Of a stretch of DNA of 64,000 nucleotides, positions 47,409 through 56,502 are shown in pieces; position 1 is the first letter of the stretch, and each line of letters starts with the position of its first letter. The DNA is taken from positions 736,001 through 800,000 of the forward strand of contig CAVTMK010000004.1 in NCBI GenBank assembly GCA_963735805.1, given 5' to 3'. The notes beneath the pieces were generated by a model. That model ran no database searches and was not told the DNA's origin. It worked only from the letters and a program-made list of their open reading frames with translations. The position numbers and the translations under genes are program-made. The DNA is from an uncultured Verrucomicrobiae bacterium (GTDB lineage Bacteria > Verrucomicrobiota > Verrucomicrobiia > Chthoniobacterales > UBA10450).

Positions 47409-48679
47409 TCGAAACACGTTCGAAGAAAATGCAGGAGCGCGCGCTTCTGATTGGCCTGGAAAAGCAAGGAGTCTCGAAGTGGGATTTGCTGGACTCGCTC
47501 GAAGAGCTTCGCGAACTGGCGAACTCTGCGGGCGCCAAAGTGGTCGATACGGTCACGCAAAAACTGCCGAGACCGACTGCGCCGTACTACATCGGTCGCG
47601 GCAAGGCGGAGTCGATCAAAGACTCGTGTCAGGATCAACAGGTGACGTCGGTCATCTTTAATGATGAACTTTCACCCGCGCAGGGTCGTAATCTGGAAAA
47701 TTTATTCGCGCGCAAGGTTCTCGATAGAACGCAGTTGATTCTGGATATTTTTGCGCAGCGTGCCCGCAGCAGGGAGGGTCGATTGCAAATTGAGCTGGCT
47801 CAGTTGCAATATCTTTTGCCGCGTCTTACCCGGATGTGGCATCACTTGTCACGACAGACAGGTGGAATCGGCACCCGCGGACCGGGCGAAACGCAATTGG
47901 AAGTTGATCGCCGCCGCGTGCAGGAACGGATTGCGCGTCTCGAGCGAGAACTCGAAGCGGTACGCAAAACGCGTGCAATTCAGCGCGAAGGTCGCAAACG
48001 GCATCAATGGCCTGTCGCCGCTGTGGTTGGTTATACGAATGCTGGCAAATCCACTCTGCTGAATCTGCTCACCGGCGCGGATGTTGTTGCTGCGGACAAA
48101 CTTTTCGCAACGCTCGATCCCACCACGCGCAGTTTTGTTTTGCCTAACAAACAGCGGGTTCTTCTCACTGATACCGTTGGATTCCTGCGAAAACTTCCTC
48201 ACACCTTGATCGAGTCGTTCAAGGCAACTCTTGAAGAAGTGAGCGAAGCGGATCTGCTGATTCATATTGTCGATCTCAGTCATCCACGGGTGGATGAGCA
48301 GATGGAAGCAGTCGATGCCGTCATCAAGGAACTTGACGCCTACGGCAAGCAAACTCTCATCGTATTCAACAAGATCGATAACGTACCCAATCGCGAACTG
48401 GCCGATTCATATTTGAAACGTTTTCCCGGGAGCGTCGCGATCTCTGCGCGAACCGGAGAAGGAGTCAACAGACTGGTGCAAGCGCTTGAAGACGCGCTTC
48501 GCTCATGGCGGTTGCGGTCGCGGTTTCGTATTCCATCGAATGAATCAGCCTTAATCGCCGAGATCCATCGAGTAGGCCACGTGTTAGAGCTGCGCTACGA
48601 AGGCAGCGACGCTGTGATTGTTGCTCACGTTCCGCCGCACCTGGAACAGAAGCTGGCTGCCTACGCAGTGCGGGAATAG
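47405..48679 (+). CDS. hflX: GTPase HflX
   Basis: LILDIFAQRA, GPGETQLEVDRR, GYTNAGKST, LFATLD, DTVGF, NKID; ATGA overlap with miaA. Confidence 0.96.
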   Translation: MIETRSKKMQERALLIGLEKQGVSKWDLLDSLEELRELANSAGAKVVDTVTQKLPRPTAPYYIGRGKAESIKDSCQDQQVTSVIFNDELSPAQGRNLENLFARKVLDRTQLILDIFAQRARSREGRLQIELAQLQYLLPRLTRMWHHLSRQTGGIGTRGPGETQLEVDRRRVQERIARLERELEAVRKTRAIQREGRKRHQWPVAAVVGYTNAGKSTLLNLLTGADVVAADKLFATLDPTTRSFVLPNKQRVLLTDTVGFLRKLPHTLIESFKATLEEVSEADLLIHIVDLSHPRVDEQMEAVDAVIKELDAYGKQTLIVFNKIDNVPNRELADSYLKRFPGSVAISARTGEGVNRLVQALEDALRSWRLRSRFRIPSNESALIAEIHRVGHVLELRYEGSDAVIVAHVPPHLEQKLAAYAVRE

Positions 48680-48699
48680 AGCTCATTTTCCTAGATCTT

Positions 48700-48773
48700 G
48701 TAGCCGCCTCGCTGCGTCGAGGCGCTATTGTGGTGTGGCTCCTCCCGGCACGGCGACACAGCGCCGTGGCTAC
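48700..48773. repeat. GTAG-REP doublet between convergent genes (similar element at 62042-62113)
   Basis: GTAGCCGCCTCG...CGAGGCG and CACGGCG...CGCCGTGGCTAC. Confidence 0.65.
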
Positions 48774-48799
48774 AGCCGTCGGCGTTTATTAGGTTTGTC

Positions 48800-49513
48800 C
48801 TAAGCGATCAAATCCCGGACGCGAGACTCTGCGCTCTTCGCAACCTGCGACCACCCAGAGCGATCGTTAGCTGCTGATGCAAACTGGAGTGGATCCCCAA
48901 TTATTAGCTTGATCTTCACGGGGCTTGGAAGATTCCGGCCTGCTGGCAAGGCCTCGAAAGTTCCAATAAGACCGCAGGGGACGACCGGCACATTTGTTTC
49001 TGCGACTAGCATCCCTAGCCCGTGTTTGAAAGGCATCATCAAACCGCTACGGCTGCGCCCACCTTCGGGGAAGATGATGAAGATCGCTTTTTCTTCCTGC
49101 AATTTCTGGCGCAGATCGGCGAGCGCGTGCGGGCCACAATTTTTTCGCCACATCGGCAAAGCGTTAAGCACGATTGCCGAAAACGTGCTTGTTACTTTTG
49201 TCTGAAAGAAGACATCGCCCGCGGCGATGGGAAAGGCGCGCTCGCGGTGGCGTGGGATTAATGCGGCTCCCAGAGCCAGTGCGTCGAGGTGACTGCAATG
49301 ATTCGCTGCGAGAATAAAAGGCCCGTGCGCCGGCAGTTTCTCCCGGTCGATAATTGTGAGCCGATGCGCGACCGCGAAGTAACTTCGAATCAGTGAGAAA
49401 CAAGCATGATGCGCCAAGCTTTCGAGAAGTCCTTTTTCGCGGCGCACGCTGCGAAACCGTTCGCTGGGAGTCAGGCCGGTATCGTGCGCAGGCTGCAGGT
49501 TCCAGGGTTCCAC
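48800..49513 (-). CDS. Lysophospholipid acyltransferase (PlsC-like)
   Basis: NHCSHLD, FPEGGRS, FKHG; GTG start inferred. Confidence 0.9.
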   Translation of the reverse strand: MEPWNLQPAHDTGLTPSERFRSVRREKGLLESLAHHACFSLIRSYFAVAHRLTIIDREKLPAHGPFILAANHCSHLDALALGAALIPRHRERAFPIAAGDVFFQTKVTSTFSAIVLNALPMWRKNCGPHALADLRQKLQEEKAIFIIFPEGGRSRSGLMMPFKHGLGMLVAETNVPVVPCGLIGTFEALPAGRNLPSPVKIKLIIGDPLQFASAANDRSGWSQVAKSAESRVRDLIA

Positions 49514-49520
49514 AGATTTC

Positions 49521-50522
49521 TCAGCCAGTAAAAATTTGTTGCTGCTGGCCGACAGCAAAACCGACGAAGTAATTGACGTAATGAAACACGGCCGGCGCAA
49601 CAAGGATCAGGCTATCAAACCGGTCGAGAATACCGCCATGACCAGGAATGAGTTTCGAAGTGTCCTTGAGACCGAGGTCACGTTTGATTGAGGAAAGCAT
49701 CAGGTCGCCGAATTGCCCTACAATGCTGACAATGATGCCGAGCCCCAGCAGGTGGACCGGGGTGTCCAGCGCCGTGCCGAACCAGACGAAATGCGCGCCA
49801 AGCGCAAAGAGCGGTGTAGTTAACACGATTGCTCCGAGAGCGCCGCCTACTGTTTTGTTCGGGCTGGTGTTGGGAACAAATTTTCGACGACCAAATAAAT
49901 GGCCGCAGATGTAGGCAAAGATGTCATTAAGCTCCACCGCGAAGATGATCAGCAAAAGAATAGGTCGATAGTTCCAATCGTTCGCCATGTTGCCAAGGTT
50001 GCCGAGGGCGCTTCCAAAAAGAGCGAAGCCGAGCACACCCAGGCCGACACGCTGGATGTAGCCTTTGGGTTGATCCGGTATCAGGCCGCCAATGGCAATC
50101 AACGCCACTGTTAGCGGAAAAAGGGCAACGTATAGGCGATACCAGTTATCCAGGGCTGCGAAGGCGAGCAAAAGAATGCCGATAACCACAATGAGACTGA
50201 TGGTTCGTTCCCGGAACAAGCCTGTGATGCGAGCATATTCTCGATAGCAAAGAAAACTCAGAGCGGCGACCGCGAGGATGGTCCAAAAAGCGCCTGCCAG
50301 AATCGGAACGAGGATGAACAACGCCAGCCAGATCCAGGACCGATAACGATCCCAGAGTTCCTTTCTCTTGTCGGTAGTGCTGTTGGCTGCGCGTGTCACG
50401 ATAAGTATGAACATTGGCGCTAACAGGAACAGAATGAGGGCCGTTAATGTCAGAACTGCCGTCACGTGATCGTCAAAGGCGTGACGAAATCCAAAGAGGC
50501 GTTCGCGCGTGAGCTGGCTCAT
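49521..50522 (-). CDS. Phosphatidate cytidylyltransferase (YnbB-like)
   Basis: SPNKTVGG, GDLMLSSIKRDLGLKD...IPGHGGILDRFDS. Confidence 0.92.
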   Translation of the reverse strand: MSQLTRERLFGFRHAFDDHVTAVLTLTALILFLLAPMFILIVTRAANSTTDKRKELWDRYRSWIWLALFILVPILAGAFWTILAVAALSFLCYREYARITGLFRERTISLIVVIGILLLAFAALDNWYRLYVALFPLTVALIAIGGLIPDQPKGYIQRVGLGVLGFALFGSALGNLGNMANDWNYRPILLLIIFAVELNDIFAYICGHLFGRRKFVPNTSPNKTVGGALGAIVLTTPLFALGAHFVWFGTALDTPVHLLGLGIIVSIVGQFGDLMLSSIKRDLGLKDTSKLIPGHGGILDRFDSLILVAPAVFHYVNYFVGFAVGQQQQIFTG

Positions 50523-51181
50523 TTTAGAGCGTCTGCGATTCGTCCGACTCGGCGAATAACTGTGATTACGCAGCCAGTAATGATGATTAGAAGCCCCAAA
50601 GTCATCAGACCAATCTGCGAGTCATTGAATCTAATGATCTGCCACGAGCTTGGCGTGATTGCCGCGTAAACGCAGATGAGCGTGATCACCAGCATGCGAT
50701 GTTGTTTTGCCATTGGTCCGCAAAACTCGTTCGGTGCGCCGGCGATTTTTCCCGCTGCGCGAACATAAGCGGTGAAGACTGCCAGAATGGTTGCGATGTA
50801 ACCGAGCGTGATGTTCCCGCCGAACGCGAATCCGGCTCCGATGAAGACTGCAGCGTCCGAGATGCGATCCGGCACTTCATTGTAAAGCTCGCCGGTTTTC
50901 GACGTGCGACCGGAAGCGATGGCAACCATCCCATCGAGCATGTTCGCAGTCAGCCGTAGTTGTGCGCCAAGGGCGGCGATCAGCCACAGGATCCGATAGT
51001 TCGTGACCGAAGTCATGCCGAGAGCAATCCCGGCGACGATGCAAGCACACATGCCTGCAATCGAAATTGCGTCAGGCGAAACATTTCGTGAAGCGAGCCA
51101 GGCCGTCGCATCCTGCGCCCATTTGCGATTGCGCGTTGCGATTGGGCGACGGTCAATTCCGTACCTTGGCGCATCCTCCAT
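50519..51181 (-). CDS. CDP-alcohol phosphatidyltransferase (YnbA-like)
   Basis: NMLDGMVA...GELYNEVPDRISD, GPMAKQHR. Confidence 0.88.
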   Translation of the reverse strand: MEDAPRYGIDRRPIATRNRKWAQDATAWLASRNVSPDAISIAGMCACIVAGIALGMTSVTNYRILWLIAALGAQLRLTANMLDGMVAIASGRTSKTGELYNEVPDRISDAAVFIGAGFAFGGNITLGYIATILAVFTAYVRAAGKIAGAPNEFCGPMAKQHRMLVITLICVYAAITPSSWQIIRFNDSQIGLMTLGLLIIITGCVITVIRRVGRIADALK

Positions 51182-51290
51182 AACTTGCCGGCAACCGATA
51201 GCAGGTTGCCGCGGCAATGGGCAGGATAAAATGACTTTGGTCCTCACAGCATGTGCTCCTGCTGCAATTCGTCGCCGCTGCAGTCCCGCC

Positions 51291-51409
51291 GTCATCCCGA
51301 GCAGAGCGAGGGACCGCACAATCGAAGTTTTGAATACACAAATTTCCTTGCGTGATCGACAACCAGTTGTGAGAGGTCCTTCTCCCGCAACTGCGGGATC
51401 AGGATGACA
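51291..51409. repeat. GTCATCC...GGATGACA palindromic element
   Basis: GTCATCCCGAGCAGAGCGAGGGACC ... GGTCCTTC...CAGGATGACA. Confidence 0.65.
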
Positions 51410-51438
51410 ACGCGAAGAATGCTGATAGTGCTAAGCAC

Positions 51439-52110
51439 ATGACTGCTCGCGAGCGGGTGAAACAATTGATTAAGATTTGGCCGAAAGTTTACCCAGACGC
51501 GCATACCGAATTGAATTTCAAGAACCCGCTTCAACTGCTGGTAGCGACGATACTTTCTGCGCAATGCACCGACAAGCGGGTGAACATGGTTACACCGGCG
51601 TTATTCAGGAAATATCGCACGGCGAAAGATTATGCGGACGCACCGCAAGCTGAGCTTGAGAATGCAATTAAATCGACCGGTTTTTTTCGTAGCAAAACGA
51701 AAAGTATTCGCGGCGCGATGCGCGCGATTGCCGAGGAACACGGCGGAAAAGTCCCGGATACAATGGAGGAACTAAACGCCTTGCCAGGCGTTGGACGTAA
51801 GACAGCAAATGTCGTGCTGGGTAATGCGTTTCATAAAAATGTAGGGATCGTAGTGGACACGCACGTAATTCGCCTATCGCAGCGGCTAGGCCTGACGAAA
51901 CACAAAGACGCAGAAAAGATTGAGATCGATTTAATGAAGCTGGTACCGCGCGAGCATTGGACAGACTGGAGTCACTGGCTCATCTGGCATGGCCGCCGTC
52001 GCTGTTACGCGCGCAAGCCGGATTGCAGCCGGTGCGAAGTTTTCAGGTTATGTCCGAGCGGCAAAGTTTTCCTGCGCACCGGCCAGGCGCAGAAAACGAA
52101 CGCTAATTGA
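51439..52110 (+). CDS. nth: Endonuclease III
   Basis: LSAQCTD, LPGVGRKTANVV (HhH), VDTHV, C-x6-C-x2-C-x5-C Fe-S motif. Confidence 0.97.
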   Translation: MTARERVKQLIKIWPKVYPDAHTELNFKNPLQLLVATILSAQCTDKRVNMVTPALFRKYRTAKDYADAPQAELENAIKSTGFFRSKTKSIRGAMRAIAEEHGGKVPDTMEELNALPGVGRKTANVVLGNAFHKNVGIVVDTHVIRLSQRLGLTKHKDAEKIEIDLMKLVPREHWTDWSHWLIWHGRRRCYARKPDCSRCEVFRLCPSGKVFLRTGQAQKTNAN

Positions 52111-52228
52111 CACCGGACGGATTCGTCCCGCAACGAACCGGTGGCTACAACATTTGTTAAATCGCTTTTCCGTTTTTGGTCGACTTAGCCCAGAGGGTGT
52201 TCTAAGGCTTGGTGCATCCGAAGCTAAG

Positions 52229-53767
52229 ATGGGTAGAGGAATCAAGCGAGAAGGTTTTGCCCTAATTGCCGTGCTGCTGCTTGCAGCGACGATGTCTGCG
52301 CACGCAGCCACCATCACAGTTACCAATACAAACGACAGCGGATCCGGCTCATTGCGTCAGGCACTCGCCGTGGTGCATGATGGTGATAGAATTACTTTTA
52401 CAGTTAGTGGTACCATCACGCTGACCAGCGGAGGACTTCTGATATTTAAGAACGTCACCATTTCAGGTCCCGGCGCTAACCAACTCTCAATTAATGGCAA
52501 TCAAGGGTCATTTGTGTTCGCGGTGGGTTTCGCGAAAACAGTTACGATTTCCGGCCTGAGCGTCAGCAACGCCCAGTCTGGGATTGTGAATGATCAGAGC
52601 ACGGTATTGGTCAGTCATTGCGTCATAAGCGGCAACTCATTCGCCGGGCTCGACAACGAGGCCGGAAGTTCTGCCGGGGCTTCCATGACGGTCGCCAACA
52701 GCGTCATCAGCAACAACTCCGGAAGAGGCGCCTTCAATCTGTTCCCGTTCCTATTCAGCGGCGGCAGTGGTTGTGCCTGCATGACAATCACTGACAGCGT
52801 TGTCAGCAACAACAACGCCGACGGGATCTTCAATGGCGGCGGCAGTTTTTTTGGGACAGCCAGCCTGACGGTCGTCAATAGTGATGTCAGCGACAACAAC
52901 GGCGGCGGTATTGCCGACAACGCCAGCGGAGGAAACGCGTTCGCGACGATCGTCAGCACCACTGTGAGCGGTAACTCGGCGGGCGGTCTGACTGACGGAG
53001 TCAATTCGGGGGACGGTGTTTTCGGTTTCGGGCAGGGCAATGCGCAAGCTGCAATTACCGATAGCACCATCAGCGGGAACTCGACCCACGGTGGGATCTC
53101 TTTTATTGGTACCCACCTGACCGTCGCCAATAGCACCATTAGTGGCAATTCATCAGTGGACAATGGCGGCGGCATTGATGCCCTTGGTTTTGCCTCCAAC
53201 TTTCCGCTCAACGTCAATATTGAGAACAGCACGATTAGCGGCAATTCGGCTGTAACAAACGGGGGCGGTATCTACGCCTTCCAAACGGCGCTACACGTTG
53301 CAAATAGCACAATCAGTGGCAACTCGGCGGTTTCTGGCGGGGGCATTTATCACGATGCGAATGAATGTTGTAATCTTATCTCTGATATCACCAACACCAT
53401 CCTGAATGCTGGGGCGTCAGGCGAAAACATTGTCCACACGCTCGGCCTCTTCCGCTCGCTTGGTTACAATCTCAGCAGCGATGACGGCTCCGGTGAATTG
53501 GATGGTCCCGGAGACCAAATCAATACCGATCCGATGCTCGGTCCTTTGCAGGATAACGGCGGGTCGACCTTTACTCACGCGCTACAAGACAGCCGTACAG
53601 TGCGCAGCCCTGCAATCGATGCAGGCAACCCCAGCTTCATGCCACCGCCTAATGACGATCAACGCGGCTTTCCTTTTGTTCGCGTATTTAAGGGACGCAT
53701 CGATATCGGTTCATTTGAGGCGCAACTCCGACATCCGAATCCACATCCTCGTCCAACGCCCCGCTAA
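52229..53767 (+). CDS. Secreted beta-helix / choice-of-anchor Q protein
   Basis: TITVTNTNDSGSGSLRQA, NSTISGN repeats, DPMLGPLQDNGGST, SPAIDAG, DQRG, DIGSFE; start at ATG 52229 inferred. Confidence 0.8.
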   Translation: MGRGIKREGFALIAVLLLAATMSAHAATITVTNTNDSGSGSLRQALAVVHDGDRITFTVSGTITLTSGGLLIFKNVTISGPGANQLSINGNQGSFVFAVGFAKTVTISGLSVSNAQSGIVNDQSTVLVSHCVISGNSFAGLDNEAGSSAGASMTVANSVISNNSGRGAFNLFPFLFSGGSGCACMTITDSVVSNNNADGIFNGGGSFFGTASLTVVNSDVSDNNGGGIADNASGGNAFATIVSTTVSGNSAGGLTDGVNSGDGVFGFGQGNAQAAITDSTISGNSTHGGISFIGTHLTVANSTISGNSSVDNGGGIDALGFASNFPLNVNIENSTISGNSAVTNGGGIYAFQTALHVANSTISGNSAVSGGGIYHDANECCNLISDITNTILNAGASGENIVHTLGLFRSLGYNLSSDDGSGELDGPGDQINTDPMLGPLQDNGGSTFTHALQDSRTVRSPAIDAGNPSFMPPPNDDQRGFPFVRVFKGRIDIGSFEAQLRHPNPHPRPTPR

Positions 53768-53773
53768 GAAGCT

Positions 53774-56029
53774 ATGCGTTCTGCCTTAATACCTGTCCTG
53801 CTTTGTATAATGGCGATGCAAGCGCATGCAGCCACCATAACGGTTACCAATACAAACGACAGCGGACCCGGTTCGTTGCGTCAGGCACTTGCGAACGCGA
53901 ATAACGGCGACACGATCAATTTCGCGGTAAGTGGTACCATCACGCTTACCAGCGGGGGACTGGAGGTCACCAAGAGCGTCGCGATTTCAGGCCCTGGTGC
54001 CAACCAGCTCTCAATTGATGGTAACCTTGATGACCAAAGGACATTTGTGTTCGAAGTCGCTCCCGAGAGAACTCTCAGTATCTTCGGCCTGACCATCAGG
54101 AACGCCGAGTATGGGATTTCGAACAATCAGGGCACGGTATCGGTCAGTAGTTGCGTCGTAAGCGACATCTCGGGCGCCGGGCTCTACAACAGTGTCGAAC
54201 AAGGTTCTGGCGGCGCTTCTGTGACGATCGTTAACAGCGTTGTCAGCGACTCCGGTGTCGGCATCCGCAATGCGTCCGGCACCAACCAGTCTCTCCGTTT
54301 CGGACCGACGAGAACAATGGCACGCGGCAGCACATCAGTCCGTAAGCCGGTAGACGACGCAAGCGGGGCTGCTACCTGCACCGCTTGCATGACAATTGCC
54401 AATAGCGTAGTCACCCGTAGCGGAATCTGGGGCGTTCTTAACTTTGCTTACGGCGCGGCGGACGTGACGGTGCTCAACAGTGGGCTTACCGGTAATTCCT
54501 TAGTTGGTATTGAGACCTCCGGGTACATGGCCAACGCAGAAATTACGGTTAAGAACAGCACACTCAGCGGCAGCTCGTTTTATGGTGGCATCTACAGCGG
54601 CTTTTCCACTGTGAGTATTGCCAACAGTACAATTAGCGGCAACTCGGCCAAAATCGACGGCGGCGGCATTTATGGCGCTGGTGGCACTGTCAGTGTTGAG
54701 AACAGCACGATCAACGGCAATTCAGCACCGGACGGATTTACCGGGGGTGGCATCTATTCCAATGGTGTTGACGATATCAGCATTGTGAACAGCACCATTA
54801 GCGGCAATGCAGCTGGAACGAGCGGGGGCGGTATCTACAACCACAACTCATCGCTGCATGTTGTAAATAGCACGATTACCGGCAACTCGGCAGGTTCCGG
54901 CGGAGGCATCTATAACGACCAGGGCCAATTTGACATCTCCAATACGATCCTGAATGCCGGCGCATCAGGCGAAAATATTTTCAACAGCGGTGGGACCGTC
55001 ACTTCGCTTGGATTCAATCTTAGCAGCGACGATGGCGGTGGCTACTTGAATGGGCCAGCCGATCAGATCAATACCGATCCGCTGCTTGGTCCTTTGCAGG
55101 ATAACGGCGGCCCAACCTTTACCCACGCGTTGTTGACGGGCAGCCCGGCCATAGACAAAGGCAGCTCAGGTGGCCTATTTATTGATCAGCGCCATTTCCG
55201 CCGCCCCTTTGACTTGCCTGGGATCCCCAACGCCAGCGGCGGGGATGGAAGCGATATCGGCGCATTTGAATTCGGATCCTTCCCGTCGCGCGCAGATTTT
55301 AACGGAGATGGGTTCACTGATTACTTGCTCTTTAATGTCGGCACTCGAGCGACAGCCATTTGGTATTTGCGCGACAACAGCTTTATCGGCAGCGGCTATG
55401 GACCGACTCTTCCGGCGGGATGGGCGGTAGCAGATGTCGCGGACTTCAATGGGGATGGCAACCCGGATTATGCGCTGTTCAACGCCAGCACGCGTCAAAC
55501 AGCGATCTGGTACCTGAACAACAACATTTTCGTTAGCAGTGCGTACGGTCCGACCATCGCGAGCGGCTATGTGCTATCGGGTGTTACCGATTTCAACAGC
55601 GACGGCAAACCCGATTACCTCCTTTACAATGGTAGCACGCGTGAAACGGCGATCTGGTATCTGAACAACAACATTTTCGTTAGCGGTGCGTACGGTCCGA
55701 CCATCGCGAGCGGCTACGTGGTATCTGGCGTTGCTGATTTCAACAGCGACGGCAAACCCGATTACCTCCTTTACAATGGTAGCACGCATCAAACCGCGAT
55801 CTGGTATCTGAATAACAATGTGCTTGTTAGCGGCGCATATGGTCCAACTATAGCCAACGGCTACGTGGTATCTGGCGTTGCCGATTTTGACGGCGACGGG
55901 AAACCGGATTACGCGCTGTACAGCCCTGGCACGCGTCAAACGGCGATCTGGTATCTTAACAACAATGTTTTCCTGCGCGGCTCGTTTGCTCCAACCGTTG
56001 TAGCTGGCTGGAGTTTGGTCGCACCCTGA
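53774..56029 (+). CDS. Secreted choice-of-anchor Q protein with C-terminal FG-GAP/VCBS-like repeats
   Basis: Same N-terminal architecture as the upstream gene, plus five DFNxDGxxDY...TAIWYL repeats. Confidence 0.82.
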   Translation: MRSALIPVLLCIMAMQAHAATITVTNTNDSGPGSLRQALANANNGDTINFAVSGTITLTSGGLEVTKSVAISGPGANQLSIDGNLDDQRTFVFEVAPERTLSIFGLTIRNAEYGISNNQGTVSVSSCVVSDISGAGLYNSVEQGSGGASVTIVNSVVSDSGVGIRNASGTNQSLRFGPTRTMARGSTSVRKPVDDASGAATCTACMTIANSVVTRSGIWGVLNFAYGAADVTVLNSGLTGNSLVGIETSGYMANAEITVKNSTLSGSSFYGGIYSGFSTVSIANSTISGNSAKIDGGGIYGAGGTVSVENSTINGNSAPDGFTGGGIYSNGVDDISIVNSTISGNAAGTSGGGIYNHNSSLHVVNSTITGNSAGSGGGIYNDQGQFDISNTILNAGASGENIFNSGGTVTSLGFNLSSDDGGGYLNGPADQINTDPLLGPLQDNGGPTFTHALLTGSPAIDKGSSGGLFIDQRHFRRPFDLPGIPNASGGDGSDIGAFEFGSFPSRADFNGDGFTDYLLFNVGTRATAIWYLRDNSFIGSGYGPTLPAGWAVADVADFNGDGNPDYALFNASTRQTAIWYLNNNIFVSSAYGPTIASGYVLSGVTDFNSDGKPDYLLYNGSTRETAIWYLNNNIFVSGAYGPTIASGYVVSGVADFNSDGKPDYLLYNGSTHQTAIWYLNNNVLVSGAYGPTIANGYVVSGVADFDGDGKPDYALYSPGTRQTAIWYLNNNVFLRGSFAPTVVAGWSLVAP

Positions 56030-56108
56030 GCGCCGGCATTTCAACGCTTGTTGACGCTGCCTGGCGGAGGCGGAGGATTGTTCTCTAAATTGCGATAATC
56101 GTCGAGTG

Positions 56109-56164
56109 CGAGCGGAAAGGTTTTCATCCGAACCGGCCAGGCACAGAAGCCGAACGCCGACTGA
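56109..56164 (+). repeat. Diverged duplicate of the nth 3' end (52055-52110)
   Basis: 45/56 nt identical; encodes SGKVFIRTGQAQKPNAD* versus SGKVFLRTGQAQKTNAN*. Confidence 0.85.
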
Positions 56165-56502
56165 GACGGATCGCATGGCGCAAAACACCAGACAGCCAGA
56201 AGTGTTAGAGGAGCTCTTTGAAGCGCTCGGCAATGACTCCTTTGTTATTGCAGAGTATCTTGCAAGGCCCGTGCTAGCTGAGCGTTCGCTCGCGCAACCG
56301 GCGGTCGAGCGACTTAGCTCCGGTAATGTGAAGATCTTTAGATTTCACATTGACCGCTGACCCGGAAAATTAAGCAACATGAAAAGCGCAGCCTTAACCC
56401 TACTTGCTACGATCGCGCTGAGCTAACAAAACCCGACGAAGTCTTGACACGCTTCGATTAGTTTAAGTAAAAACCAAATTGCAGCTCGACCCAATTCCGC
56501 CT

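Noticed and set aside
47400..47410. hfq missing between miaA and hflX
   Set aside because: The genes overlap cleanly (ATGA); absence of hfq is common outside Proteobacteria and Firmicutes and is not a lesion
51989..52228. N-terminal extension of the choice-of-anchor-Q ORF overlapping nth
   Set aside because: The signal peptide begins after ATG 52229; the extension overlaps nth and a REP-like hairpin
56379..56426. 15-aa ORF MKSAALTLLATIALS*
   Set aside because: Looks like a signal-peptide remnant; too short to support as a gene
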